The position numbers and the translations under genes are program-made. Shown here one piece after another: positions 1-10,410 of a DNA stretch of 64,000 bases. Below the pieces are notes generated by a model. That model did not search any database. It saw only the letters and a list, made by a program, of their open reading frames with translations, and was not told the origin of the DNA. The stretch is from Asterias rubens (Eukaryota): contig NC_047063.1 of assembly GCF_902459465.1 (NCBI RefSeq), positions 12,214,001-12,278,000 on the forward strand, given 5' to 3'. Positions within the stretch are counted from its first letter, which is position 1; each line of letters starts with the position of its first letter.

Positions 1-575
1 TGGTTAAGTTGTTGTGGGTGAGTGTGGATTCGAATCCCAGTCAAAACTCTTGTGTCCTCGAGCAAGATGCTAAAAAACATATAAAACATAAGAGGGGTGA
101 GAGTCATTGGGTGTTTAGAGCAACGAACTCAAGCCCTGGGCCCAATTTCATAGAGCTGCTTAAGCACAAAATTTTGCTTAAGCAAAAAAATCCTTGCTTA
201 GTAAAATCAGATTACCGGCCAAGACTCCACTCAATTGTTATGCTAAGTGAACATCAGCTAAATACCAGTCACAATCAATGTATATGACATAACAATTTTG
301 CCAGTAACATGTGTAAAATAAGCGAGCTGTTTTCGTGCTTAAGCAAATTTTTTGCTTGAGTAGCTCTATGAAATTGGCCCCCGGGTGATGAAGTTATCAT
401 GGTTAAGTTATCATGGGCGAGTGTGGGTTCGAATCCCGGCCAGAAGCAACTGTAGTGAAGCGTCTTGCTCAAGGACACTACTGCCATGACCGTGATTCGA
501 ACCCACAATCCGATGACTAAATCACCAGAACTTGAATTTGCTGCTACAAACCCCCTTGGCCATAACATCCAGTAG
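1..575. mobile_element. Cluster of SINE heads (1-135 plus, about 400-442 plus, about 450-575 minus) around MITE E
   Basis: B boxes ggattcgaatcc, ggttcgaatcc and gattcgaacc, plus tgtgtcctcgagcaag CORE-like segments. Confidence 0.7.
138..381 (+). mobile_element. MITE family E (TIR gggcccaatttcatagagctgcttaagca)
   Basis: Terminal inverted repeats. An inverted homolog lies at 1975-2187 and a related element at 824-1012. Confidence 0.85.
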
Positions 576-823
576 GCATGTTTGTGCCCTGGAATCAGTT
601 GCTCTGGATTGTTTTCTCTCGCACACATGTTAAAAGCATCTCAAGATTTAATCCAAACAGTTGGTTTTTGTAGTTTATTTTAAGCCTAGGGGCTTTTCAG
701 AAAGGCAAAGAGGGTAAAACCTGCACACTCTGTGGGATAGGTGCAACCATTTTACCTCTAGCTGGTGCTTGAGCAGCACTTACATGCATTGACATGTCAA
801 TTTGACCAGAGAAGGGCAATCAT

Positions 824-1012
824 GGTCTAATTTCAAAGAGCTGCAAAAGGTATCTAAGCACAACAGAATGTTGCTTACCAGAATAAGGTTACCAGCCAAA
901 CTACCATTTCACATACAATTTGTGACCAGTATCCTGCTCACTTCTGTTGAGCAGCAATTGTTCGGCATTTTTTCTGCTTAAAGCAGCTAAAGCAGCTATA
1001 TGAAATTGGGGT
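824..1012. mobile_element. MITE related to family E
   Basis: ctaatttcaaagagctgc ... gcagctatatgaaattgggg termini. Confidence 0.6.
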
Positions 1013-1347
1013 CAGGGAATGCATTAAATAGTATTTTATTAATTTTGGTTTTTACCCTTCACCGATGTGTGTATATAAGCACTGTATACTCAGTGTCTTA
1101 CCACCAACTACATGAAGAAAGGTATATTAGTAAGACACTCCTCTTGATGCAAATGTCGTGGATTCAAATCCCAATCTGCCAGTGATTTTGTTCACAGAAC
1201 TCAGGAAAGTACTGAGTATACAGTGCTGACACACACCGGTGTAAGTTAAAACCAAAATAAATATTCTTTATCCCTGATGCAAATTTGTTATCTATTACAT
1301 TATGGTATTGTTTTATCGGTGAACAAGTGATCTGGTTTCGGACTCAC

Positions 1348-1464
1348 ATTGTGCCGTCTTGTACAGCAAGAATGGATCTTGCAGTTGGAATTCCAGGTCC
1401 TTAGTGACCGGTTCCGTCAGGTTATTCATACTCAGACGATTCATGATCATGAAGCCATTGTAAG
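1348..1464 (-). CDS. DCP1: DCP1 coding exon 3 (its 5' end and acceptor fall in the N gap)
   Basis: Reads (P)YNGFMIMNRLSMNNLTEPVTKDLEFQLQDPFLLYKTAQ plus t|GTGAGT; human DCP1A has PYHGFTIVNRLNMHNLVEPVNKDLEFQLHEPFLLYRNAS. Confidence 0.95.
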
Positions 1465-1828
1465 NNNNNNNNNNNNNNNNNNNNNNNNNNNNNNNNNNNN
1501 NNNNNNNNNNNNNNNNNNNNNNNNNNNNNNNNNNNNNNNNNNNNNNNNNNNNNNNNNNNNNNNNNNNNNNNNNNNNNNNNNNNNNNNNNNNNNNNNNNNN
1601 NNNNNNNNNNNNNNNNNNNNNNNNNNNNNNNNNNNNNNNNNNNNNNNNNNNNNNNNNNNNNNNNNNNNNNNNNNNNNNNNNNNNNNNNNNNNNNNNNNNN
1701 NNNNNNNNNNNNNNNNNNNNNNNNNNNNNNNNNNNNNNNNNNNNNNNNNNNNNNNNNNNNNNNNNNNNNNNNNNNNNNNNNNNNNNNNNNNNNNNNNNNN
1801 NNNNNNNNNNNNNNNNNNNNNNNNNNNN
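1465..1828. other. Assembly gap (364 N)
   Basis: Run of N; it covers the DCP1 exon-3 acceptor. Confidence 0.99.
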
Positions 1829-1974
1829 ACAATAACCATCTCAATGCGCTTTATATGAGAGCCCTGATCATTGGGCCAATAACATTCCTTCAATCTTTCT
1901 CAGCTCCCTGGGGAGTATACAACAGTGTTATGGGCAACGATAGCGCTCAAAAGGCTTTATCCATACACAAAAAT

Positions 1975-2187
1975 TAGGTTAAGCACGAAAATAGCTTGCT
2001 TATTTTACACATGTTACTGGCCAAAATTTCATGCCATATACATTGCTTGTGACGTGACTTGTATTTAGCTATCGTTTACTTAGCATAACAATTGAGTGGA
2101 GTCTTGGCCGGTATTCTGATATTACTAAGCACGGAATATTTTGCTTAAGCAGAATTTTTTGCTTAAGCAGCTCTATGAAATTGGGCC
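1975..2187 (-). mobile_element. MITE family E, truncated, inverted relative to 138-381
   Basis: Its reverse complement aligns along the internal region of the 138-381 copy. Confidence 0.85.
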
Positions 2188-2525
2188 CTGCTCATATGGC
2201 TAAGCACAGTTTTTTTTTAAGCAGTATTATCTGCTCAAGTAGCTCTAGTGAGATTGGGCTTAATGAAATAAAAAGCAAACTGGAACAGCGCCCTCTTGAA
2301 TTGCAATCGATAAAACCATGCCGCCGATGTTATTAGCTTGAGGTTGAAGTGTGAACATGAAATCCATTTCTGGGAAGAAGCGTCAAGGCTGTCAAATTGA
2401 TGTTTGTCTAACATTTCTTCGCAGTGCAATCGTTAGAGACAGCCTTGGTGGAATTTGGCGTCGAGTTGAGCCAAGGGTTTTAGTAATAATTTGGCGTGTG
2501 CTGTGGTGGGACACTAAAACAAAAA

Positions 2526-2680
2526 GAAAATTACTTCTTTCTTGAAAACTACGTAACTTCAAAGGGAGCCGTTTCTCACTAACGGTGTTTTACACTATCA
2601 ACCTCTCCCCATTACCCGTTACCAAGTAAGGTTTTATGCTAATAATTATTTTGAATAATTATCAATGGTGCCCACTGCCT
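2526..2680 (+). mobile_element. Kolobok-like TTAA MITE family A, 3' half
   Basis: Ends cccactgcct|ttaa; internal sequence matches full copies. Confidence 0.8.
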
Positions 2681-3218
2681 TTAAAGAGAAAAACTGGCAA
2701 AAAATATTCCATCTTGAGAGTTTAGGATTCAAAATATTTTATGACATTGTAGGAAATTTAAAGTATCCATGTATACCAATAAATTCTTCTTCAAATTACC
2801 TATTTTGATCTGCGAGACTACCAAACTACAAGTTGGATAAACACCTAGGGAGTTGGAATTCTCTGAGATGAATTGGGTCGTTCCGGTTTCCATACAGGTT
2901 GATAAATCATTGGAAATATTACCTCTTTTATCATCATAAAAACCAAGTTGTCACAAACGGGAAAAAGCAATTTATTTGTAAAGTTAATGATGCATAAACA
3001 ACTTATTCTCCGTTATCAGACTGGTGCATATTTTGGTATAACTTCAAAACATAATGCCTTAAAATGTAGTGTGAGTTGGCTTGTCATGTTTTTATCTTTC
3101 TTCGTCTAAAAAAGCAAGTATAGCTCAATTGAAAAAAATATATGCAAAAAAATCACATGGTGCATGTACATTGAGGAATAATGCAAAACAATATATAATG
3201 TCCTTCGATCCTCTTTAA

Positions 3219-3597
3219 AGGCAGTGGACACTATTGGTAATTGTCAAAGACTAGCCTTCACAGTTGGTGTATCTCAACATATACATGAACTAACAAACCT
3301 GTGAAAATTTTAGCTCAATCAGTCATCGAAGTTGCGAGATAATAATGAAAGAAAAGGAAAAAACCTTGTCACACAAAGTTGTGTGCGTTTAGATGGTTGA
3401 TTTCAAGACCTCAAGTTCTAAATCTGAGGTCTCGAAATCAAATTCATTGAAAATTACTTCTTTCTCAAAAACTGTCACTTCAGAGGGAGCCGTTTCTCAC
3501 AATGTTTTATACCATCAACCTCTCCCCATTACTCATCACCAAGAAAGGTTTTATGCTGATAATTATTTTGAGTAATTACCAATAGTGTCCACTGCCT
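3219..3597 (+). mobile_element. Kolobok-like TTAA MITE family A (TIR AGGCAGTGGACACTATTGGTAATT)
   Basis: TTAA on both sides, about 24-bp TIRs, AGG...CCT termini. The superfamily call rests on TTAA plus RR..YY ends. Confidence 0.9.
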
Positions 3598-4007
3598 TTA
3601 ACTTATAAATGTTTGTGTTTTTTTATGCCTCTGAAAAAGGTTTGGTTTGGATGGAAAGCTAAGGCCATCTACCCTACTCATTTTAAACATTATACAAACC
3701 AATTCCAGAGACTAATATTTCCAGACAATACCAAATTAATCGTCTTGGCAAAGGTCCCATAAACACTGCAATTAATTCAACTGAGCTTTATTGCATTGGA
3801 CATAAGTCACTTTGACTGTGTGTCAATTAAAAAGCTGTTGAATGCCAATGATTAAAGGGATCTCAAAATAATGTTAAAAAAACAGTTTTTATGCAGCGCA
3901 AAGTTACAGTGAATTCTCAAAACGCTTTTGGAAAGTCAGAAAAAAAACCAGGACTGTTGAAGAAAGAAAAATTTAAAAAAGGAACCACACAGTGTACACA
4001 AAAAAAG

Positions 4008-4160
4008 TTGGGATTAATCCTAACTCGAGTTAGGACTCGAGTAACCCGTCCTAACTTAGGATAGGTTCAATGCGTCCTACATATCTGGATATGAAACTGA
4101 CCCCGTCCTAAGTCCTAGATTAATCCTAAGTTAGGAAGAGTTTGGTGAAAACGACGGCTG
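4008..4160 (-). mobile_element. MITE family H (rich in tcctaagttagga); inverted homolog at about 44037-44210
   Basis: The reverse complement of 4060-4160 aligns to caccaaactc...aggacttaggac...atcctaagttaggatgggttactcg. Confidence 0.7.
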
Positions 4161-4664
4161 ACCACCTAATTCATGACCAGACAAGTCCAGGAGTCTAGTG
4201 TTTTTCATTTGAACTATGTCACTGTTTAGTATCTTTCAAATCCATTGAGTATTGGTTTTAACTTGACCATACTTCAAATGACTTTAACTTGACCATACTT
4301 TAACTTGGCCTAGTATTTGTTCAAATGTTTGTTTATGTTAAACTGCTTAGGTTTCATTTCATTCTTATTATTGCCTTTTTTCTCAGTTTGATTTTGGGTC
4401 CTGTAAAATACCTGTAAACAATAATTCCCCTCAACGACCGCCCATAAATAGTTCAGCATCCCATCCAAATATAATCACTGAAATAGCAGCGTTTATATTT
4501 CTACACATCGCTCCAATTTCTAGAGTGATCATTAATCTTTATATGTAAAGGTTGTTACTACCACCAGAATGTTTTAATCTGTCCTCCTTCCTTCACTGAT
4601 GCCGGGCAATGATCTTATAAGAGAACATTCCTGAAGTGCTAAACTACCAGACTGTTACACTTAA

Positions 4665-4998
4665 AGGCACTGGACACTATCGATAACCACTCAAAATAGT
4701 TGTTAGCATAAAAACTTACTTTTTGGAGAGCTGTTGATAGTATAAAACATTGTGAGAAACGGCTCCCTCTGAAGTAACATAGCTTTTGAGAAAGAAGTAA
4801 TTTCCCACTCAAACAATTTGATTTAGAGACCTCAGAATTAGATTTTGATGTTTGAAGTCAAACATCTGAAAGCACTGTACTTGTGCGACAAGGGCTTTTT
4901 TTTCTTCCATTATTCTCGCAACCTCGACGACCAATTGAGCTAAAGAAATTCACAGGTTTGTTATTCTTTGACAATATTACCAATAGTGTCCACTGCCT
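4665..4998 (-). mobile_element. MITE family A, inverted
   Basis: TTAA TSDs; interior is the reverse complement of 3219-3597. Confidence 0.85.
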
Positions 4999-5996
4999 TT
5001 AACTGCCACACTTGCATGCTTTTCTAGGTCACCATTTGTATAGCATGCCCTATATGTGGAAGAGGGAGTAAAGTCCCACCCCTACCCCTTTAATATCAAA
5101 TTTTCTAATAATTACTGCCACATCTCCCCCTTCCTTCTAAAGCATTACTGAGATTCCTGGAAAATAAAGACACAATAAGGGAGGGTTGCACCCAAGTTTT
5201 TTTGCCTGGATTTAGTAAAAAGGATGTTCAAATGTGCTGTGACTTAACAAAAATAGGCGTCCAAATTGTCACTTACACTACAGTTTACATGTAAATGACT
5301 GATGCAAATTCAGAAAAGAAACCTTAGAACACCTCAGAAAAACCCTAGATTTATCAAAGAAATAAGTCAGATCGTTTTTGTCTTTTTTTTTTGTCCAAAA
5401 AAATTTGTGATTTTTTTTTAAATTAACATTAACTACAACTCAGTGCAACCAAATTCTAAAAGGCTCCTCTGGCTTAAGAAAACCCCACAAAACTAGGCAC
5501 ACAAAAAAGCGCCACTGTTAAGAAAATATTCAATTCGCATAGAAAAAGATACTATAGACAAAAGTATTTAAGAAGCTAGACCATTACAGCATCAAACTTG
5601 GCAGTTTGGGTGATTTTTAAGAAACAAGCAAAAAACTCATTGAAATCAGCAAAACCAACCCAAGATGAATATAATGAAATTAGACAACCATTCTGGAGGT
5701 TTGTTCTTAGATCTTAAATTCTCAAATTCCAGTATTTAACCAAAATGGAAATGACCACCTCCCCGATCTCAACCCTTTTAGTAAAATTAATACATTTCTT
5801 CAAAGACTTCTTGTACATTTAGAAAGGAAAAAAAAATCCCCAAAACCTTTTAGTTAAATCAGTTCACCAATTCCCAATAACTACATGTAGGAAACCTGGC
5901 AGACTTCCCGAGACAGTTATGTATGTTGCTTCATTCACCAGAGCTCAAAACCAAACTAGTCTAACAGTGCTTGATACTACCAAGACAACCATTCAG

Positions 5997-6341
5997 TGCA
6001 CTGGACACTTGGTAATTACGGGTATTAAAAAATAATTGTTAGAATACAAACTTACTTGGTAACAAGCAATGGAAAGCTGTTGATAGTAAAAAATATTGTG
6101 AGAAATGGCTCGCTCTGAGGTAATGTAGTTTTTGAGAAAGAGGTAACTTCTTACTCAAATAATAAAAAACTTCAGCTGAAGCATTTGATAAATGCATAGC
6201 TGAAAGCACACAAAGTAATGCAACAAGGCTATTTTTTATTTCATTATTCTCTTGCAAATTCGATGACAAATTGAGCCAAAAATTTTCACAGGTTTGTTAT
6301 TTTATGCATATTAAAACAATTAACGAAGGAGTTCAGTGCCT
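5997..6341 (-). mobile_element. MITE family A, diverged
   Basis: Degenerate TIRs, homologous interior. Confidence 0.7.
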
Positions 6342-7056
6342 TTAAAGTAGGGGCCTACGTTACTTTTTTTCCTAAAGTTTGTCCTGAATTTTGATACAGC
6401 CTCAGCCTTCATTCCAAAAAAACAAGTAGCCCTACCTCAAATAGTGAAAATAAGAAGTGATAAGTTACAGTGGATTCAAAGCAAACGAGGACTCCGTAAT
6501 TAAAACACTTTAAATTATCAAAAACAAATAAACAAGTAAACATTCAAAATTCAAGTCCAGGTTGCTGGGGGTTTCTTTTTCAAGAAACAAAAATAATTAT
6601 TTCAAGAATATTTATATGTCAAGAGAAATGACCTCCAACTATAAATTAAAGTGACACAATATTGATCAATACTTAACTTTATACAAGTATTTATTTGTGA
6701 TCTATTTCATAACACTATGCAGAGAATGTCCCACACCAGTAATGAATTAGCCTATATGCCGGTGTAACACCTAAATGTACGCGCATCCAGTTTCATCAAG
6801 AACGCCTACATTAACAACTTCTCGACCCGATATGTAATTACATATTTCAAGAATTCACAGACAACATCGATTCTATCAATAAAAATTCACATTTGTGCGA
6901 GCCGTCGACGGAAAAAGCCACTACACACTGACGGAGGGAGGGTCACGGCCAAGTGACAAGCATACGGTTATATCCCTACTCCATACCCCAAACAACCAAT
7001 CACGATTCGTCAAGTGCACACAATGGCCGAGACACTGTACAACTGTGTCATTTACC

Positions 7057-7075
7057 ATGCTTGTACTCTGTGCGT
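7057..7075 (+). CDS. Candidate distal first coding mini-exon (MLVLCA + t|gtgagt)
   Basis: accATG context, phase-1 GTGAGT donor, CCAAT at about 6997, inside a GC-richer island free of recognisable transposons. No homology. Confidence 0.2.
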
Positions 7076-7644
7076 GTGAGTAACCTACGGTTCTGAACAC
7101 ACAATGTAAATCAGTTAGTTGCTTGGATACACGGGCCGGCCAATGAGTCTCTGTGACTGTGAGAGAGTAGAGAGAGAAGAGGGGGAGTGAGTTTCGTGTG
7201 ATTATTAAGTAATGTATGATACGGGGCTACTATCCCGATGATCGGACCTGCACAGAATACATGTACATGCTCGGCATGACAGATCAACATCTCTCCTACC
7301 AATGACTACTCATAATTAACAACGCTGATTTGGTGTATAGGATCGACGTGTATCGGACACACACTCCTGGGATATATTAATTACTCATCGCTTTCATTTT
7401 TTTTACCGATTTGTACGACCGACTGGGCCGGAGAATAATTTTAAAAAGCTTGTTGGATTTTTTTTTCTGACCCGCCCCGCTCTCTACGAGTTGATTATTT
7501 GCTGCGACTCTTTTTTGGATGTTTATGGAATGATTGGTGCTCTGTGCAAACATGCAACATGTGAGGCAAGTGGATTGGAACAATGACGTTTCATTGATGA
7601 GGTTGGTATGACTTGCTTGAAGGGAAAGTTCAGTAATTATTTTA

Positions 7645-7647
<3 letters not shown>

Positions 7648-7686
<39 letters not shown>
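7648..7686. repeat. Poly-T run of about 39 nt
   Basis: Visible homopolymer. Confidence 0.95.
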
Positions 7687-7688
<2 letters not shown>

Positions 7689-8244
7689 GCTCATTTTAAC
7701 CTAGCCTCATGTTTTCAAGATATCTATCTTAAAACTAGCCTAGCACTAATCTTCAAACAATAACCATACTTTTAAAAAGGAAATACTGAAATTATTATGA
7801 TTACTTTTCGACATTTGATTTACTATTCACCCCCCAAAAAATCAATATTTTTGTTTTATATTCAATTTGTTATTTCCTTTAGAGATGAAAAACACTCATA
7901 ATGTTAAAGACTTAATAATATAAAGTGAGTTTCCATTTTATTTTGTAATTAAGTGCAAGTTGGAGTGAGGGTCTGTAGTTGAATCTTGTCGACCATTGGG
8001 GGTTTATTGCAGGCATGGGGAACCACGGCACATTGACCAGTGGTTGACAAAATGTTCTATGCTCCACCTTGCCCTACGTTATACCTTTCTGCAGACTTCT
8101 GACATTTCAACGAAGAAAGAAAGCATTTATCAAAAGTTTGTTACTACAATGTATACCAAAAAGCTTAATTCTATGAGTTGTAAAGGTCAACAAAAGGGAG
8201 ATTGTAGATTATTTATTGTGCCCTTTTTGTAAAAAGAGACTTAA

Positions 8245-8632
8245 AGAGACTGGCCACTATTGGTAATTGTCAAAGACCAGTCTTCTCACTTGGTGTATAT
8301 TAACATATGCATAAAATAACAAACCTGTGAATATTTTTGCTCAATTGGTCGTCGAAGTTGCGAGATATTAATGAAAGAAGAAAAAACCTTGTAGCACCAT
8401 GGTCACACGAAGTTGTGTGCTTTCAGATGGTTGATTTCGAGACCTAAAATTCTAAATCTGAGGTCTCGAAATCAAATTCGTGGAAACCACTTCTTTTTCG
8501 AAAACTACGTCACTTCAGAGGGAGCCATTTCTCACAATGTTTTATACTATCAACCTCTTCCCATTGCTCGTAATCAAGTAAGGTTTTATACTAATAATTA
8601 TTTTGAGTAATTACCAATAGTGTCCACTGCCT
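8245..8632 (+). mobile_element. MITE family A
   Basis: TTAA TSDs and TIRs. Confidence 0.9.
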
Positions 8633-9629
8633 TTAAGTATAGAAAGACTATCATGCCTATTTTGTAGCGCGATAGCATTCGCATTGCGAACAAAAAACTG
8701 ATGACATTTAAAGCATATTCCAACAATCGAATGAAAGTGTTTCAGTAAATGTATAAGTAAGATATTCAACAGGAAATGAGTCTCGACATCATAAACAGTC
8801 CCAATAGTATGTGAGCTTAGGTCTGGAGTGTGATTACGGCTATGCATAATGGTCCAATTTGAAAGTAGTAAAAAAAAAAAAAAAGTTTAAAAACAGTTTC
8901 CCTAAATCGTCGTAGAGAGCAGGAAGGATCCCTCGGATCATTGGTTCAACTACACTGCACATAATTTACATTTTGTTGTTTTGCACCTAACACATGTACT
9001 TCTGTGTTCAGCTACTGAATCAGTTTGTAAAGTATAATTTCTGTATTCAAGGTTTTTTTTAAACAAATTTTATGCATTGTTGAAGCACAATGTCCCTGAA
9101 AACTATAATTCAGCTGCATAATTTAAACGGGGGGATAAACAAAAATGATCTCACCAACACTGCCTGCAACTACATGTACCTATCATGCAGTACTACCAAC
9201 CTTATATATGTTTAATTATTTCAAATCAAAGGTAATAATTTAACCGGGGAGAGAAGAAAAAAAAACTATTATCTCACCGAACAGACAGTCGTTGACGTAC
9301 ACTACCTGCGACTATTTTTCAGGTCTACTAATCCTAATAATACATAAATATTTCAAACCAAAGGTAATAATTTAACATGAGAAAACAAAAACCTGATCTC
9401 ACTGAAGAGATAGGTCGTTGCTGCGTCTGGTCCAACTCGGCCACTCCATTACTCAGTTGGTTTTCTGAGACACTCAAGAAAACGGATTTACACCTGCACA
9501 TAAAATTCAACTAACTTACCACCCAGCGTTTCTATTTAATTATTTATAACCCTTCGATAAGGAGAGGGGGAAAAAAGTGAAATGAAACAATTACACCGGC
9601 ATTATTCTGCTTGGGTTGAATTTCCCATT

Positions 9630-10087
9630 TGCATAATCGTTTCTTTCCGAGGTATCATAGCTATTTAAGAGTGGAGTGTCTATACCCAGTGCTAAATTGT
9701 TTCCATGCGAGAAGATTTGTTGCCGGAGAAAACTAAGATTATAAATTTTTGTTGACGATAATAGTGAAGAAGAAAAAGTTCTGCGTAATCATTTCTTTCC
9801 GAGGTATCATAGCTGTTTAAGAGTGGAGTGTCTATACATGTACTCAGTGCTACAAATGACTCTGAACGAGAAGATTTTCTTGTTGCCGGAGAAAAACAAG
9901 CGGACAAAAAAAATTCTGAACGATTAAAGTGTAAAAGAAAAAGTTCTGCCTAATTGTTTCTTTCGGGGGTATGCTGTTTAAGAGTGGAGTGTTTTGGCCA
10001 GTGCTACATTTGTCTCCATGTGAGCCGATTTGTTGCCAGAGGGGAAAATTCTGAATGATAAAAGCAAAGAAGAACAATTTTTCTGCC
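9630..10087 (+). repeat. Three diverged tandem copies of a unit of about 150-165 bp
   Basis: tttctttccgaggtatc...tttaagagtggagtg recurs at about 9640, 9792 and 9957. Confidence 0.85.
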
Positions 10088-10185
10088 ACTTGATCTTTAA
10101 TAAAGGCGTGATATTTGGCTCTTTGGGGGGAAAAACAGGAACATTTTTAGTGAGTACAAGGGCTGATATTTGGCTCATGAAAAAT

Positions 10186-10410
10186 AAGTAGGTACATTTT
10201 ATTGAATACGTCCATATGGTATAGGTTTTTATGGACTTTTTGGCTATAATTTAATAACAATTTTACTACTTTTTGTGGGAGGCAAAAAATTTGAAATAAG
10301 TAGTGAACATTTAAATTAGTACATCCATATTGTATAGGTTTTTATAGACTTTATGGCTATTTAATAACAATTTTACTACTTTTTGTGAGAGCCCAAAAAT
10401 TGGAAATCAG
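10186..10410 (+). repeat. Tandem duplication of about 115 bp
   Basis: tccatat.gtataggtttttat.gacttt...ttaataacaattttactactttttgtg occurs twice. Confidence 0.85.

Noticed and set aside
1349-1893. ORFs of 140-169 aa spanning the N run
   Set aside because: Artefacts of translating N. The real coding frame is DCP1 exon 3 on the minus strand.
7377-7694. Lys-rich 105-aa ORF
   Set aside because: Produced by the poly-T run.
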